DNA of 64,000 nt, from the IMG/VR virus record IMGVR_UViG_3300027754_000050; one strand, written 5' to 3'. Position 1 is the first letter of the stretch, and each line of letters opens with the position of its first letter. The position numbers and the translations under genes were made by a program. This document shows positions 18,824 through 29,813 of this stretch, in pieces. The DNA comes from an uncultured virus (IMG/VR IMGVR_UViG_3300027754_000050) (taxonomy: Duplodnaviria; Heunggongvirae; Uroviricota; Caudoviricetes). The notes below the pieces were generated by a model. It made no database searches. It saw only the letters and a program-made list of their open reading frames with translations, and was not told where the DNA came from.

Positions 18824-21800
18824 TTAAGATATTGCCTTGGCACCTAGTCCAATTATCGCTTTGCCTGGTGTTTGTCCCACATTGCCAGCAACTCTTCTAA
18901 AGTAGTTGGCTGGCTTTTGAGCAACTCTATTCAACGCCGTGCTTCCTGGTTCTCCGCCTGTGGAAGAAGAAATTGGTGCTTTTGGCTTCAATAATTCAAT
19001 AAATTTCTCAAATAGTTCTTTCATTTCGTATAATATTTCAGTTTGTTCTTCGTTTTCAGCTACTATTTCGCCTAATTCTGGAGACATTATCTCAGACTTA
19101 CTTGGTGCTGCCGATGCCCTATCCTTCATTATAGTTTGTTCTATATCTTTTGCCCCGCCCATATTGGATAAAGTTTCTACAGAAGCTCCATCGAAATTCA
19201 GAGACTTACGCAGCCCTTCATTATTTTCTATGGAACTTTGGCCACCTTGCCCGCTTTGCCCGCTTTGTACCCACGCTTCCCGATTCGATTCGACAAAGCA
19301 GCGGCACAATGCCGCACCATCTATTGCAGCAGACTTAATTCCTTCACCGCCGGTAAAGGCACTGGCAGAATTAGCACCACTTATTGCAGAGCCAACTTCA
19401 TTTACGCCAGACCATATCGCAGAGCCAACTCCCTTTACGCCAGACCATAGTGCAGATCCAGCACTGCTTATTGCAGAGTCAACTCCTTCTACACCGGACC
19501 ATAGTGCAGATCCAGCACTGCTTATTGCAGATCCAAATGCAGATCCAGCGCCGCTTATTGCAGAGCCAACTCCCTCTACACCGGACCATATTGCAGATCC
19601 AGTAGCACTGATTGCAGAGCCAACCATTTTAAATGGTGCCGTTACAATATTTGTTAGCGTTTGAAGCATTGTTTTTGGTGCTTCTGATTTTGCTAAAAAG
19701 CCTGATTTTTTTGGTATGGTACTTTCTTTTGTTTTTGTTAAAGAACTCTTTAAAAATGCACTAGGAAGGCGTATCGGTTCTTTAATTTCTTGTATATTCG
19801 TACCACTAGAAGTTGAAATTTTCAAAAATTTCTTTAGTGATAATGATGATTTTCTACTAAATTCCGCCTGTCTTTCTTCGCTTCTTAAATTAATTTTTTT
19901 GTCGTTACTAGCTCTGCTTCCTAAGGCTCCAGCAGACAGTTTCTCGTCCAGTTGTCCTCCCGACATAGTAGCGGATCCCCTTGAAACAGCGATAGAGCTT
20001 CCGTTTACGTTTTGGACATTTGTTTTCATTGGAACTCGAGAAGCCAAAAGATTCATTTCTTCGATTTCGTCTGCGATCTCCTCCGCATCCAAGTCAAAAG
20101 TTTTCTTTAAATTGATCTGATTTTTACTCGCTCTGCTTCCTACTGGACCTGTCTCGTCAGCAGGCTTCATACGACGCAATGCTTCGTCAGCCTTGTCTGC
20201 ACTATTCTTGTCTTCTGGACTTACTTTTACGGCATTGCCCTGTGCGTCTTTTCTTCGTATACCACCGGAGTACTCGCCAGGCAGTTTCTCCTTTAATGCC
20301 CGCCGCTGCTGGGCCATCAGGCTCTTTTTTCCAAATACTTGTTGAAACCTGCTTTTTGGAGCTGCACCACCGCTGCTTCCTACTGGACCTGTCTCGTCAG
20401 CAGGCTTCATACGACGCAAGGATTCATCTGAACCGACTTTATTTTCTAAAGGTGCAACTTTCTTTAAATTGCCTTGATTTTTAATTGAGTCATTTATATC
20501 GGTTAGTTTTCCAGTGGTTGATAGCAATCCTCCTAGGTTCATATCCAAAGGTTTGATGCTATTGAAAGACTCACCCAACAAGTCCATTGTTAAACCAACT
20601 TGATCTACGATAATAACCATACTGTCAAGTTGTTTTATAACTTCTTCTAATTCTCCAGAAGATGAAAAGTTTTCTTGTATTGGTTTAATAATATCTTCAT
20701 TTACAATTTTTGACATATATGCAAAAGACTTTGCCATTTTGCCGACTTTATATCCAGCGATCATTCTCCAAAAGAATCCTTTTGAGAAGCCACCAACGCT
20801 TAGTGCAATTTCATCTAACCACGGAGAAATGGAGGACACGATATAAGATGTGCTAGCAAGCTTTTGTTCTGCCTCAGCGAATTCAGAGGCATCTGGCATT
20901 GTCATTATTGGTAGAATAATTCCATATCTAAAGAATCCTGTTATGCTCCAAAACCAATCAGAAAAAATATTTGTTTTAGCTGCCAATTCTTGTGCTGGAC
21001 TATCCGAAAATATATCTCCATTTAAATCGCCAAAAGCGGAGGACAGGTTTTTAAATATACTTGGTATATTTGATATAACACTATTCATAGAAGAAAGTGT
21101 TTTGCCAGCACCGGATAGAATTTGAGGATCTGGAAATTCTGATATAACAGGAGCAACGATTCCATCTCTTATAAACACTGCTATATTTTCAAAATAGCCA
21201 GCAAAAATATCTTTATATTGAATAATTTTATCCATAGGAAAATCTGAGTCCAAATCTTTTAGGGCAGCACCACTCATTAAGCCCATGGCTTTAGCGAGAT
21301 TGGTGATCAATGGTGTTATATTTCCTGCAATAGAAGTCATGGACGATATAATTTTAGACGCCTCAGAAACTTTTACTCCTTCCATTTCTTTAATAACAGG
21401 ATTAACAATTCCATCTCGCATGAATATTGTTATAGATTTAAGGTAGCCTGCAAATATATCTTTTGAAGCCAGTATTTTTTCCATAGGAGCTTCGCCAACC
21501 CAAGAATCATCTACTGCTAATGCCACTGCTTTTCCTAGATTTACCATCATTGGATTTATGTTGGAAGCTATAGACGACATTGACGATATGATTTTAGACG
21601 CCTCAGAAACGTTCACTCCTTCCATTTCTTTAATAACAGGAGTAACAATTCCATCTCTCATGAATATTGTTATAGATTTAAGGTAACTTGCAAATATATC
21701 TTTTGATCGTAGTATTTTTACCATAGGAGCTTCATCAAAAAAGCTGTCATCAACAGCGAGAGAGATGGCTTTTCCTAAGTTCGTCATCATAGGATTTATT

Positions 21801-24800
21801 TTAGCTGATATTGATGACATAGCGTCAACAGCCTTCGCAGCAAGAAGTAAGCTGTCTATTTTTGGGAATGTTTTTAGTACAGGATTCACTATTCCGCTGT
21901 TTACGAAGGAAGCTATTGAGCTAAACCACGCTGCAAACTTTTCTTTATTCTTCATGATTTTACCCATCGGAGAAGTACTAAAGAAAGAATCATCCATTAA
22001 TCCCATAACCTGAGATAGCCCATATATTGCCATGCCTGCTCCACATAACATTCCACCTAATGCCATCATAACTTTCTTTGCCTGTTCCAGTCCCTGTGCA
22101 TTACCAACTTTACTTATAGGCTGTATTATTCCGCTATTCACAAAATCTGCTATGGAACTAAACCACCCTGCAAATTGTGTTTTATTCTTCATGATTTTTT
22201 CCATTGGGGAATCATAAAAGAATGAGCTATCCATGAGACCCACAACAGAAGACAAAGAAGTTATAGAAATTGCTGCTGATTGTAACATTTTTGCAATTGC
22301 ATTCATTTTTTTAGCAGCACTATTTATTTCGCCTAAGTTTGATGCTTTTTCTGCTATTGGCTTTACTATTCCGTTATTTACAAAATCCGCAATAGAATGT
22401 ATAAAACCACTAAAGCTAGGAATCGCAGCTTTTATTTTCTTCATGGGAGAATCTGTAAAAAATCCATCTTGTGTGAATGGGACCATAACGCCTCCCAGAA
22501 CGTTAAGTGATGGTGCTAATTCCTGAAGTAAATTAGACATATAACGTAAACTTTTGCCAGCAGACTTTATTTTGCCAACGTCGCCTAATGCAGAATTTAC
22601 TTTATCAGCTATTGCTTTTACAAAATCAATTATTACTGGAAAGAATTTCTCAATTTTTACTTTTGCCTCAGTTATTTGATCGATAGGAGATTTTGTGAAA
22701 AACCCGCCTTGTGTTAAAGGCACCAATCCCTTAGCCATATTGTTTAGTGCAAAACTTGTTAGAGACATAAGATTAGAAATCATAGCAACTGTACCTGATA
22801 GCTTTTTACCTTCACCTGGACTTATTTCTTTTCCTAAATTTCTTGCAAACGATATAACTGTTTTAACGTACCCAAGTAAAGAAGGCTGCATCTCATTTAA
22901 TGCTTTTACTCCGTTTGTCATAGCCTTAATAATGTCTGTACTAAAAATCCAAAATCCTTCGCTAGATTTTATAGAAATTAATTTATCTTTGGCGGACATA
23001 ATTCTATCTGTTACATAGCCAACTGCTCCAAGTATGCTTGCCACTCCGTTCGCCATGCTGGCGACTAATCTTGGTTCAACTATAGCTCCAACTCTTTGTG
23101 AAAAAGTTTTAATTGCCTTAACATATTCAATCGTTGGATCCAACATTGAATTCAACGCTTTAATCCCAGAGTACATTGGATCGCTTAATCCAAAAAACCA
23201 AGCAAAAAAAGATTGTTTTTTAAGACCAGCTAATTTATCTTTGACTTGAATGATTCTATCTGTTACAAAACCAACCGCTCCGAGTATGCCTGCAACGCCG
23301 TTCGCCATTTCAGAGGCTAATCTTGGTGCTACTACAGCACCAACTCTTTGTGAAAAAGTTTTAATTGCCGTAATATAAGCAATTGTTGGATTCAGCATTG
23401 AGTTCAACGCTTTAATCCCAGAGTACATTGGATCGCTTAATCCAAAAAACCAAGCAAAAAAAGATTGTTTTTTAAGACCAGCTAATTTATCTTTGACCTC
23501 AACGATTCTATCTGTTACAAAACCAACTGCTCCAAGTACATTTGCCACTCCGTTAGCCATTTCCGCCGCTAGTCTTGGTTCTACTACAGCACCGACTCTT
23601 TTTGAAAAAGTTTTAATTGCCGTAACATAAGCAATTGTTGGATTCAACATTGAGTTCAATGCACTAACTCCGCCGTACATTGTTCCGCTTAAGCTAAAAA
23701 ACCAAGCAAAAAAAGATTGTTTTTTAAGACCAGCTAATTTATCTTTGACTTCAACGATTCTATCTGTTACATAACCAACTGCTCCAAGTACATTTGCAAC
23801 GCCGTTCGCCATTTCCGCCGCTAGTCTTGGTTCTACTACAGCACCAACTCTTTGTGAAAAAGTTTTAATCGCCTTAACATATTCAATTGTTGGATTCAAC
23901 ATGGAGTTCAATGCTTTAACTCCAGAATACATTGGATCACTTAATCCAAAAAACCAAGCAAAAAAAGATTGTTTTCTAAGACCAGCTAATTTGTCTTTAA
24001 CCTCAACAATTCTATCTGTTACATAGCCAACCGCTCCAAGTACATTTGCAACGCCGTTCGCCATTTCAGTGGCTTTTGATGGAGATATTATTCCTCCTAT
24101 AGATTTCGAAGCATTTACTATAGATTCAACAAGGGCAAGCACTGGAGGCACAATAATATCAAAGGCTCTTTTCCCCAACCACATTAAAGGAACTGCAAAA
24201 ATAGCAATAGGATATAAAATACCTAGTATGCTCATTCCTGCAACTGCTTTTATAATTGAGAATGCTATGTTGCTTGCACTTTCTATTATTGACCCCAAGT
24301 TTTTTGCTGCTTGCTCAGAAGCGGATGGTTCGAGCCCTAGTCCATTCATTTCCTTTGCCATTCCAATTATGGAATTTGCCAAACTAATCACAGCAGGAGT
24401 TAGCATTAAAAGTGCTAGTGCACCTAAAGCCATTAAAGGAACAATTATAATAGCGGCGGGTGACAACCATCCCAAAATACTTAGAGCGGCAACAGATGCC
24501 AATACAGATAAAGCAATGCTTGAAGCAGCGTTCAGGACAGAATCTAATTTTTCAATTGTATTTTTAACGTCTACATTAATTCCACCAAAAGCACTTGCCA
24601 TTCCAACTAGGGCAGATGATAGAGCAAGTACAGCAGGAACCATCACAAGTAATGCCGCTGCTCCTAAAGCCATTAAAGGGGCTGCTGCCCACGCAATAGG
24701 AGACAATATACCCAATATAGTTAATGCCGCTCCCGCACCAATTACAGCCAAGGCAATCACACTCGTACTAGCAAAGAGTGCGGCGACATCGAATGCAGTT

Positions 24801-27800
24801 CTAGCTGCTTGTTTTGCATTTATTCCAGCAACTGATAAAATACTATTTATTATGAAGTTTAGACCAGCGGCTAAAGCCACAATCGGAGTTGCTATTGCAA
24901 GTAGTGCCGCTGCGCCTAATAGCATGAAAGGGGCTGCTGCCCACGCAACAGAAGCGAATGCTCCTAATATCGTTAATGCTGTTCCTGCCGCCATTACAGC
25001 CAAGGCGATCACGCCAGTGCTAGCAATAAGCATCGCTACATCAAATGCCGTTTTAGCTGCTTGTTTTGCATTTATTCCAGCAATTGATAAAATGCTACTT
25101 ATTATGAAATTTAGACCAGCGGCTAAAGCCACAATTGCGGGTGCCACTAAAAGTAGTGCCGCTGCTCCTGCTAGCATATAAGGAATCATAGCTGATGCAC
25201 CATTTGCAAATACACCTAACGCCTGCAAACCGAATGAAGCGGCTAAAACGGCTAGAGCAATTGCTCCCGCACCAGCTATTAGTGCAGCAACAGAGGAAAC
25301 TGTTTTAACTATTGATGCTGGATTAATGTTAAATCCATTTAGTATCCAGTCACACATTTTTACTACGGCTGCACTAAGCAACACGAGTGATGGAGCTATT
25401 ATAACTAAGGCAAATGCAGCTTTCCCTATTTTAGTGAGCATTGCTGTATCTATTTCTGGGAAACCACTCAATGCTTCGATTGCTTCATTCGCTGCCCAGG
25501 CAAGAGCACCAGCGGCACCAACAATTGCTGCAACAACTCCTGCTGTTTCTGCAACCGTTGAAAGGTCTAATCCTAAAGATCCTATTATTAAGCTACACAT
25601 TTTTACAACAGCCGCACCAAGAAGCACTAAAACTGGTCCTATCAATGCAATAGCTGCAACTTGCATTAACAATTCTTTATTAAATTCAGGCATTTTTTTA
25701 GAGAAGTCATTTGCTCCATCTGACTCAAGTGCTTTAAGTGCAAGAATTCCAGCAACAGCTATGGCTCCTCCTGCAACGGCTAAAGCTGCAATAGCACCTG
25801 CTGTTTGCAATATTGTGGACATATCAAGATTAAAAGATCCCAATATTTTTTTAGACAAGAAAACAATAGCTGCTCCTAAAGCAATTGCTCCTAATCCTAA
25901 AATGGCAATTGCGGCAGCACTTTTTGCCATTTCTTTTCCACTAGACAAGATCTTACCTAAGTCTAATCCGCCTACATCTGGTGCTTCTGGTATAGCTGGT
26001 CCTTTGGAAGCTTGTTGTTCTCTTCTAATAATGGTGCTTGTCTTTTTTCCATTTTGTATATCTGATATTAAATTTTTTCTTTGACCTTTGTTAATTGTAG
26101 TGTCCATTTTTACGTTCTTAACTTCTTGCCTTTTAATAGACTTTGCAACTGACGGACTAATTCCAGATGCAGTAGCACGTTCTTTCATAGCTTGACCAGA
26201 TGCTTTTTTTGCTGCAATTTCTTCTGGAGACATTCTTGCTTTTTTATTTTGTTGTTTAATTCCTTCTGCCGCCTTCTCGGCAGGTGGTTGTGCAGCAGCC
26301 TTATCTGCTGACTCTGTTAATCCTTTGGTCGAAGACTTTGGAGTCAGACCTTCTTTCCTTAGATCTTCGGTGGACTTTGGCAACGCTTTTTGTTCTAAGT
26401 TTTCGACAGTTGAAGAGGCAACTTTACAAACACATTCCTGTATAGACTTTAAAACGTCTAACATAGACTGATTAACTCCAAGCAATTTATCACAGCAGTT
26501 GCCTTCTAAAGGTCTTTTGTTTTTCTCCTCTTTTACAACTGCTGTTTCTACTGCTTCTGTTTCTGTTTTTCTTCCAAGAAGTTTATCAAATGCTTGTTTT
26601 GCACCACCAAGAATATCAAAAGAAGCTCCAGGACCGTCTGCACTTTTTTGTCTAAAAAACTTTCCTATAGAACTTACTACTCTAAGTATTCCTCCCTCTA
26701 AAGAAGCTAATGCTCCGACTATAATTCCTCCTAACGCAATAACAGCTATTAGGATTTTCCCTAGCATGCTATTAAAAATTCCTGATATAAGTCCTTGGCT
26801 TAAAGACCTAACAGAATCATTAAGTTCTGTTAACTTTTGATCCATGCTTGTTAGCGGATCTAGTTGTGATTTTTGTGCTGTTGATAGGGCTTGTTCTCCC
26901 TCTGTTATTTTTGCTGTTAACTCTCTTAATGCTGTTGGATCTTTTAAAGCCTTTTCAATTTCAGAAGAATTTATTGAAATCTCGGATTTGCCAGACTTTT
27001 TTAATCCAGCATTAATATTATCTAAGGAACCTTTAATTGCTGCTCGTGCAACATCTGTTTCGTTTGTCCAAGACTGCCCTAAAGCCTGCATATCTCCTTC
27101 AAAGTCACCACGCTTCTTGCCGAATTTGCTTAGAGCCTCGCTCATACTGTCAGCATTTTTTGCAGACTCAGATAGTGCTCCTAGAACACTAAGACTTGCG
27201 TTAAGCTTTATATTTCTTTCTTTTTCTGCAATAGTCGCTTTCTCTTCAAGAGTTAAGTTTTGCGCTTTCATTTTATTAAGATCAGCAAGTTTTTCTGCGG
27301 TGCTTTTTGACTGATTCTCAAATCCTTCTAGCATTGATGTTAACTCTCCAGACTCTACTCCGAATGCTGTTTTGAGCCGTAAGTTTAAACGCATTTTGGC
27401 ATCATCTGAAAGCTCTTCTAGATTTTTTCTCATCTCTTCTGAGCTAGCTCCTGCTAGACCCATTTTGTTTGCCAATGTAACCATATTATTTGATAGCTTT
27501 TTAATTCCTGCAGGACCTTTTAGAGCTACGCCTCGTAGGGCATCACCAGCTAAATCTAGGTTGGCAATTAAAGCTTTTGTCTGTGCGTTTGCGTCCATGA
27601 AACCTGTACTGGAAGATAGTGCTGTTAATAGGGAACTTGCATCTACGCCTAATTTTGTGAACTCTGCTTGTAGACCAATTATGTTTTTTGCACTTCCGGC
27701 AGTAGCTGTTCCTGCCTTCCGCATCATATCCATGTATTTTTGGCTTTCCGCTACAACTGTTTTTAGTTTGTCTCCAATTAGACCTGTGCTTCTGCTTGCT

Positions 27801-29152
27801 TCTTTAATCCCTCTGCCCACTTGTGCAATTTGATCATTATTAAATTGAAGTTCATTGCTCATTTTTACAAATGTATCGCCAAGTTCTCCTGCTGCTAGTC
27901 CGACTTGTTTTTCGGTGTTAAGTTGTGATGTTACTAATGATTGCACTTTCTTTTGATCTTTAACTCCGCTTCTTAGTGTTTTTAAATATTCTTTCTGAAA
28001 GTCTGATCGGTTCATTCCAGTAAGACGAGTAGTTGTTCCTATGTTTTCAAAAGACTTTTGTAGTTTGCCTGACTCTGCTGTTACTCCTGCTGTTTCATAG
28101 GCAGCTTGTCTTATTTCTTTTGTAAAATCTCTTTCCGCTGATATTACACCTTTAAAAATTTTGTCTAAACTATTAAATCCAAGAAAAAGTGTTTCTATGT
28201 CTTTAACATCTGTTTTTATGCTGTTCCATAGTTCTTCTTGATGCTTTATGTTCTTTAAAGTATTAGCTGAATATGCAACCTGCTTTCTAATTATAGATTC
28301 TGCTTCTTTTAAAGAGCTAACAATCCTTTTGCCGGATGCGTCTTTCTTATAATATAATTTTATTATTTCGTTTTGTATTTCTGTTTCTGAAAGCCCCGCA
28401 TGCATTTTAAGTGCTCTTAGCTCTTTAGTGCCTTTTAAGACTCTAAAAATACTTGACAATTCTACTTCGTAGTAGTCGTCAGCAACTAATTGATCTTTCT
28501 TCTTCTTCTTCTTCTTCTTATTGACGGGAGCCAGTATTTCCGGTGTCTCCGGTGAACCTGTACCGGCAACGGCACTACGTTTTTTCTGAGGTTTCGCAGT
28601 CGGTGTTGTAGATTTAACACAACAATCTTGTACTGCCTGTAGTATAGATTTTAGCACTGCCTCACAATGAATGTCGTGTGTGTATCCTGATCCTTTTTTG
28701 CCGAAAATATTTTCTAAAGACTTTGTAGCAGTAGCTGTTATTTTTTCATACTTACTTGGTTTGTCTTTACTGCCGGTGCCTAATTTTGAAACCTTATCTG
28801 AAAATGATGTTTTGTCCTTTTTTTTAACAGGCTCTTTTTCTTTGTTCTCTTGTTTTCTTGATTCTTTCATTCCGGACATTTGTTTTAATGTGTCCACTAC
28901 TTGTTGCAAAAGACTTCTTTGTGCACTTACTTCTTCTTTAAAGTTTTTTATATAATTTTCAAATAACTTTGTTAATTCTTTAGACCCACTGCCAGGATTG
29001 GCAGCAGATTCTTCTTTTTTAGTGTTGCGAACTGGCTTGGCTTGCCCAACCTTATTGTTCATTAGCGTTCCGATTAGACCCTTTAGCGCACCAATAGACA
29101 TATTTGCTGTGTCTATTTTTCTTCCTAAGTTGTCTAATGTGCTATCTGCCAT
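18824..29152 (-). CDS. Tape measure protein (3442 aa) with hydrophobic segments and long internal repeats
   Basis: Giant Ala/Gly/Lys-rich helical ORF directly upstream of the baseplate genes; 78-84-aa repeats. Confidence 0.85.
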   Translation of the reverse strand: MADSTLDNLGRKIDTANMSIGALKGLIGTLMNNKVGQAKPVRNTKKEESAANPGSGSKELTKLFENYIKNFKEEVSAQRSLLQQVVDTLKQMSGMKESRKQENKEKEPVKKKDKTSFSDKVSKLGTGSKDKPSKYEKITATATKSLENIFGKKGSGYTHDIHCEAVLKSILQAVQDCCVKSTTPTAKPQKKRSAVAGTGSPETPEILAPVNKKKKKKKKDQLVADDYYEVELSSIFRVLKGTKELRALKMHAGLSETEIQNEIIKLYYKKDASGKRIVSSLKEAESIIRKQVAYSANTLKNIKHQEELWNSIKTDVKDIETLFLGFNSLDKIFKGVISAERDFTKEIRQAAYETAGVTAESGKLQKSFENIGTTTRLTGMNRSDFQKEYLKTLRSGVKDQKKVQSLVTSQLNTEKQVGLAAGELGDTFVKMSNELQFNNDQIAQVGRGIKEASRSTGLIGDKLKTVVAESQKYMDMMRKAGTATAGSAKNIIGLQAEFTKLGVDASSLLTALSSSTGFMDANAQTKALIANLDLAGDALRGVALKGPAGIKKLSNNMVTLANKMGLAGASSEEMRKNLEELSDDAKMRLNLRLKTAFGVESGELTSMLEGFENQSKSTAEKLADLNKMKAQNLTLEEKATIAEKERNIKLNASLSVLGALSESAKNADSMSEALSKFGKKRGDFEGDMQALGQSWTNETDVARAAIKGSLDNINAGLKKSGKSEISINSSEIEKALKDPTALRELTAKITEGEQALSTAQKSQLDPLTSMDQKLTELNDSVRSLSQGLISGIFNSMLGKILIAVIALGGIIVGALASLEGGILRVVSSIGKFFRQKSADGPGASFDILGGAKQAFDKLLGRKTETEAVETAVVKEEKNKRPLEGNCCDKLLGVNQSMLDVLKSIQECVCKVASSTVENLEQKALPKSTEDLRKEGLTPKSSTKGLTESADKAAAQPPAEKAAEGIKQQNKKARMSPEEIAAKKASGQAMKERATASGISPSVAKSIKRQEVKNVKMDTTINKGQRKNLISDIQNGKKTSTIIRREQQASKGPAIPEAPDVGGLDLGKILSSGKEMAKSAAAIAILGLGAIALGAAIVFLSKKILGSFNLDMSTILQTAGAIAALAVAGGAIAVAGILALKALESDGANDFSKKMPEFNKELLMQVAAIALIGPVLVLLGAAVVKMCSLIIGSLGLDLSTVAETAGVVAAIVGAAGALAWAANEAIEALSGFPEIDTAMLTKIGKAAFALVIIAPSLVLLSAAVVKMCDWILNGFNINPASIVKTVSSVAALIAGAGAIALAVLAASFGLQALGVFANGASAMIPYMLAGAAALLLVAPAIVALAAGLNFIISSILSIAGINAKQAAKTAFDVAMLIASTGVIALAVMAAGTALTILGAFASVAWAAAPFMLLGAAALLAIATPIVALAAGLNFIINSILSVAGINAKQAARTAFDVAALFASTSVIALAVIGAGAALTILGILSPIAWAAAPLMALGAAALLVMVPAVLALSSALVGMASAFGGINVDVKNTIEKLDSVLNAASSIALSVLASVAALSILGWLSPAAIIIVPLMALGALALLMLTPAVISLANSIIGMAKEMNGLGLEPSASEQAAKNLGSIIESASNIAFSIIKAVAGMSILGILYPIAIFAVPLMWLGKRAFDIIVPPVLALVESIVNASKSIGGIISPSKATEMANGVANVLGAVGYVTDRIVEVKDKLAGLRKQSFFAWFFGLSDPMYSGVKALNSMLNPTIEYVKAIKTFSQRVGAVVEPRLAAEMANGVANVLGAVGYVTDRIVEVKDKLAGLKKQSFFAWFFSLSGTMYGGVSALNSMLNPTIAYVTAIKTFSKRVGAVVEPRLAAEMANGVANVLGAVGFVTDRIVEVKDKLAGLKKQSFFAWFFGLSDPMYSGIKALNSMLNPTIAYITAIKTFSQRVGAVVAPRLASEMANGVAGILGAVGFVTDRIIQVKDKLAGLKKQSFFAWFFGLSDPMYSGIKALNSMLDPTIEYVKAIKTFSQRVGAIVEPRLVASMANGVASILGAVGYVTDRIMSAKDKLISIKSSEGFWIFSTDIIKAMTNGVKALNEMQPSLLGYVKTVISFARNLGKEISPGEGKKLSGTVAMISNLMSLTSFALNNMAKGLVPLTQGGFFTKSPIDQITEAKVKIEKFFPVIIDFVKAIADKVNSALGDVGKIKSAGKSLRYMSNLLQELAPSLNVLGGVMVPFTQDGFFTDSPMKKIKAAIPSFSGFIHSIADFVNNGIVKPIAEKASNLGEINSAAKKMNAIAKMLQSAAISITSLSSVVGLMDSSFFYDSPMEKIMKNKTQFAGWFSSIADFVNSGIIQPISKVGNAQGLEQAKKVMMALGGMLCGAGMAIYGLSQVMGLMDDSFFSTSPMGKIMKNKEKFAAWFSSIASFVNSGIVNPVLKTFPKIDSLLLAAKAVDAMSSISAKINPMMTNLGKAISLAVDDSFFDEAPMVKILRSKDIFASYLKSITIFMRDGIVTPVIKEMEGVNVSEASKIISSMSSIASNINPMMVNLGKAVALAVDDSWVGEAPMEKILASKDIFAGYLKSITIFMRDGIVNPVIKEMEGVKVSEASKIISSMTSIAGNITPLITNLAKAMGLMSGAALKDLDSDFPMDKIIQYKDIFAGYFENIAVFIRDGIVAPVISEFPDPQILSGAGKTLSSMNSVISNIPSIFKNLSSAFGDLNGDIFSDSPAQELAAKTNIFSDWFWSITGFFRYGIILPIMTMPDASEFAEAEQKLASTSYIVSSISPWLDEIALSVGGFSKGFFWRMIAGYKVGKMAKSFAYMSKIVNEDIIKPIQENFSSSGELEEVIKQLDSMVIIVDQVGLTMDLLGESFNSIKPLDMNLGGLLSTTGKLTDINDSIKNQGNLKKVAPLENKVGSDESLRRMKPADETGPVGSSGGAAPKSRFQQVFGKKSLMAQQRRALKEKLPGEYSGGIRRKDAQGNAVKVSPEDKNSADKADEALRRMKPADETGPVGSRASKNQINLKKTFDLDAEEIADEIEEMNLLASRVPMKTNVQNVNGSSIAVSRGSATMSGGQLDEKLSAGALGSRASNDKKINLRSEERQAEFSRKSSLSLKKFLKISTSSGTNIQEIKEPIRLPSAFLKSSLTKTKESTIPKKSGFLAKSEAPKTMLQTLTNIVTAPFKMVGSAISATGSAIWSGVEGVGSAISGAGSAFGSAISSAGSALWSGVEGVDSAISSAGSALWSGVKGVGSAIWSGVNEVGSAISGANSASAFTGGEGIKSAAIDGAALCRCFVESNREAWVQSGQSGQGGQSSIENNEGLRKSLNFDGASVETLSNMGGAKDIEQTIMKDRASAAPSKSEIMSPELGEIVAENEEQTEILYEMKELFEKFIELLKPKAPISSSTGGEPGSTALNRVAQKPANYFRRVAGNVGQTPGKAIIGLGAKAIS
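23000..24070 (-). repeat. 252-bp (84-aa) tandem repeats in the tape measure gene
   Basis: ACCAAGCAAAAAAAGATTG recurs at 23197, 23449, 23701 and 23953. Confidence 0.92.
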
Positions 29153-29170
29153 ATTTTCCTATTAAATAAA

Positions 29171-29680
29171 TCATAGAGGCACCTCACCAGTTGGAGCAGC
29201 TTGTTGGTTAGTCATGCGACTTATTTGTTCCCTAACAGATTTTCGTATTGCCTCTATCTCATTAGGGTCAAAGGAGCGAGAAATTCCAATTGTGTTCACA
29301 ACGAACTGACAATCGAGTTTTTTTATATTCTCTATGCCACTTCGTTTATACTGTCGAAAAGCCGAAATTATATAGTTATTATTTTTAATATATTGATATG
29401 TAAAATTAGGATTTTCACACACTGATTCTTTTTTGTTCGGGAAGATTAACTTTTTAATAGCTGGGAAAGTCAGGTAGTGTAAATTTATTCCTCTAAGGTA
29501 CTTTTGAGGTGATCCCGCAGGCATATAATCTGTATCTGTTACTAATACCAATGGAAAAGAATCTGATTTGTGGAATGCATAATTAAATGTTATTAAACTG
29601 CCCCTTGTCACTATTGGACTTTTGGTCCGAACACTACTAGACGGAAGTACAGCATCTAAAAATGGAATCATGTAGCCCAA
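29171..29680 (-). CDS. DNA end protector (T4 gp2)-like protein
   Basis: D.FPLVLV...GINLHYL...FRQYK motif. Confidence 0.6.
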   Translation of the reverse strand: MGYMIPFLDAVLPSSSVRTKSPIVTRGSLITFNYAFHKSDSFPLVLVTDTDYMPAGSPQKYLRGINLHYLTFPAIKKLIFPNKKESVCENPNFTYQYIKNNNYIISAFRQYKRSGIENIKKLDCQFVVNTIGISRSFDPNEIEAIRKSVREQISRMTNQQAAPTGEVPL

Positions 29681-29736
29681 ACCTTACTGTCCAAGTATCA
29701 ATTACTGCACTATTTAGAGTGTAAAACGATAATTTC

Positions 29737-29764
29737 TTGACAAGTTTAAAATTGGTTCTATAAT
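29737..29764 (+). promoter_or_regulatory. Sigma70-type promoter
   Basis: TTGACA-N16-TATAAT upstream of 29814. Confidence 0.8.
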
Positions 29765-29813
29765 TGGCTTGTAGGCGTTAAACTTGTAGTTATTAAAATA
29801 AGAAAGATAAAAG

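Noticed and set aside
18939..28955. Many + strand ORFs of 60-370 aa
   Set aside because: Antisense shadows of the tape measure gene.
8250..29152. Bacterial eCIS/tailocin or T6SS locus
   Set aside because: The gp2-like gene, tagged head proteins, tRNAs and dense accessory genes fit a large phage better; no bacterial housekeeping operons.
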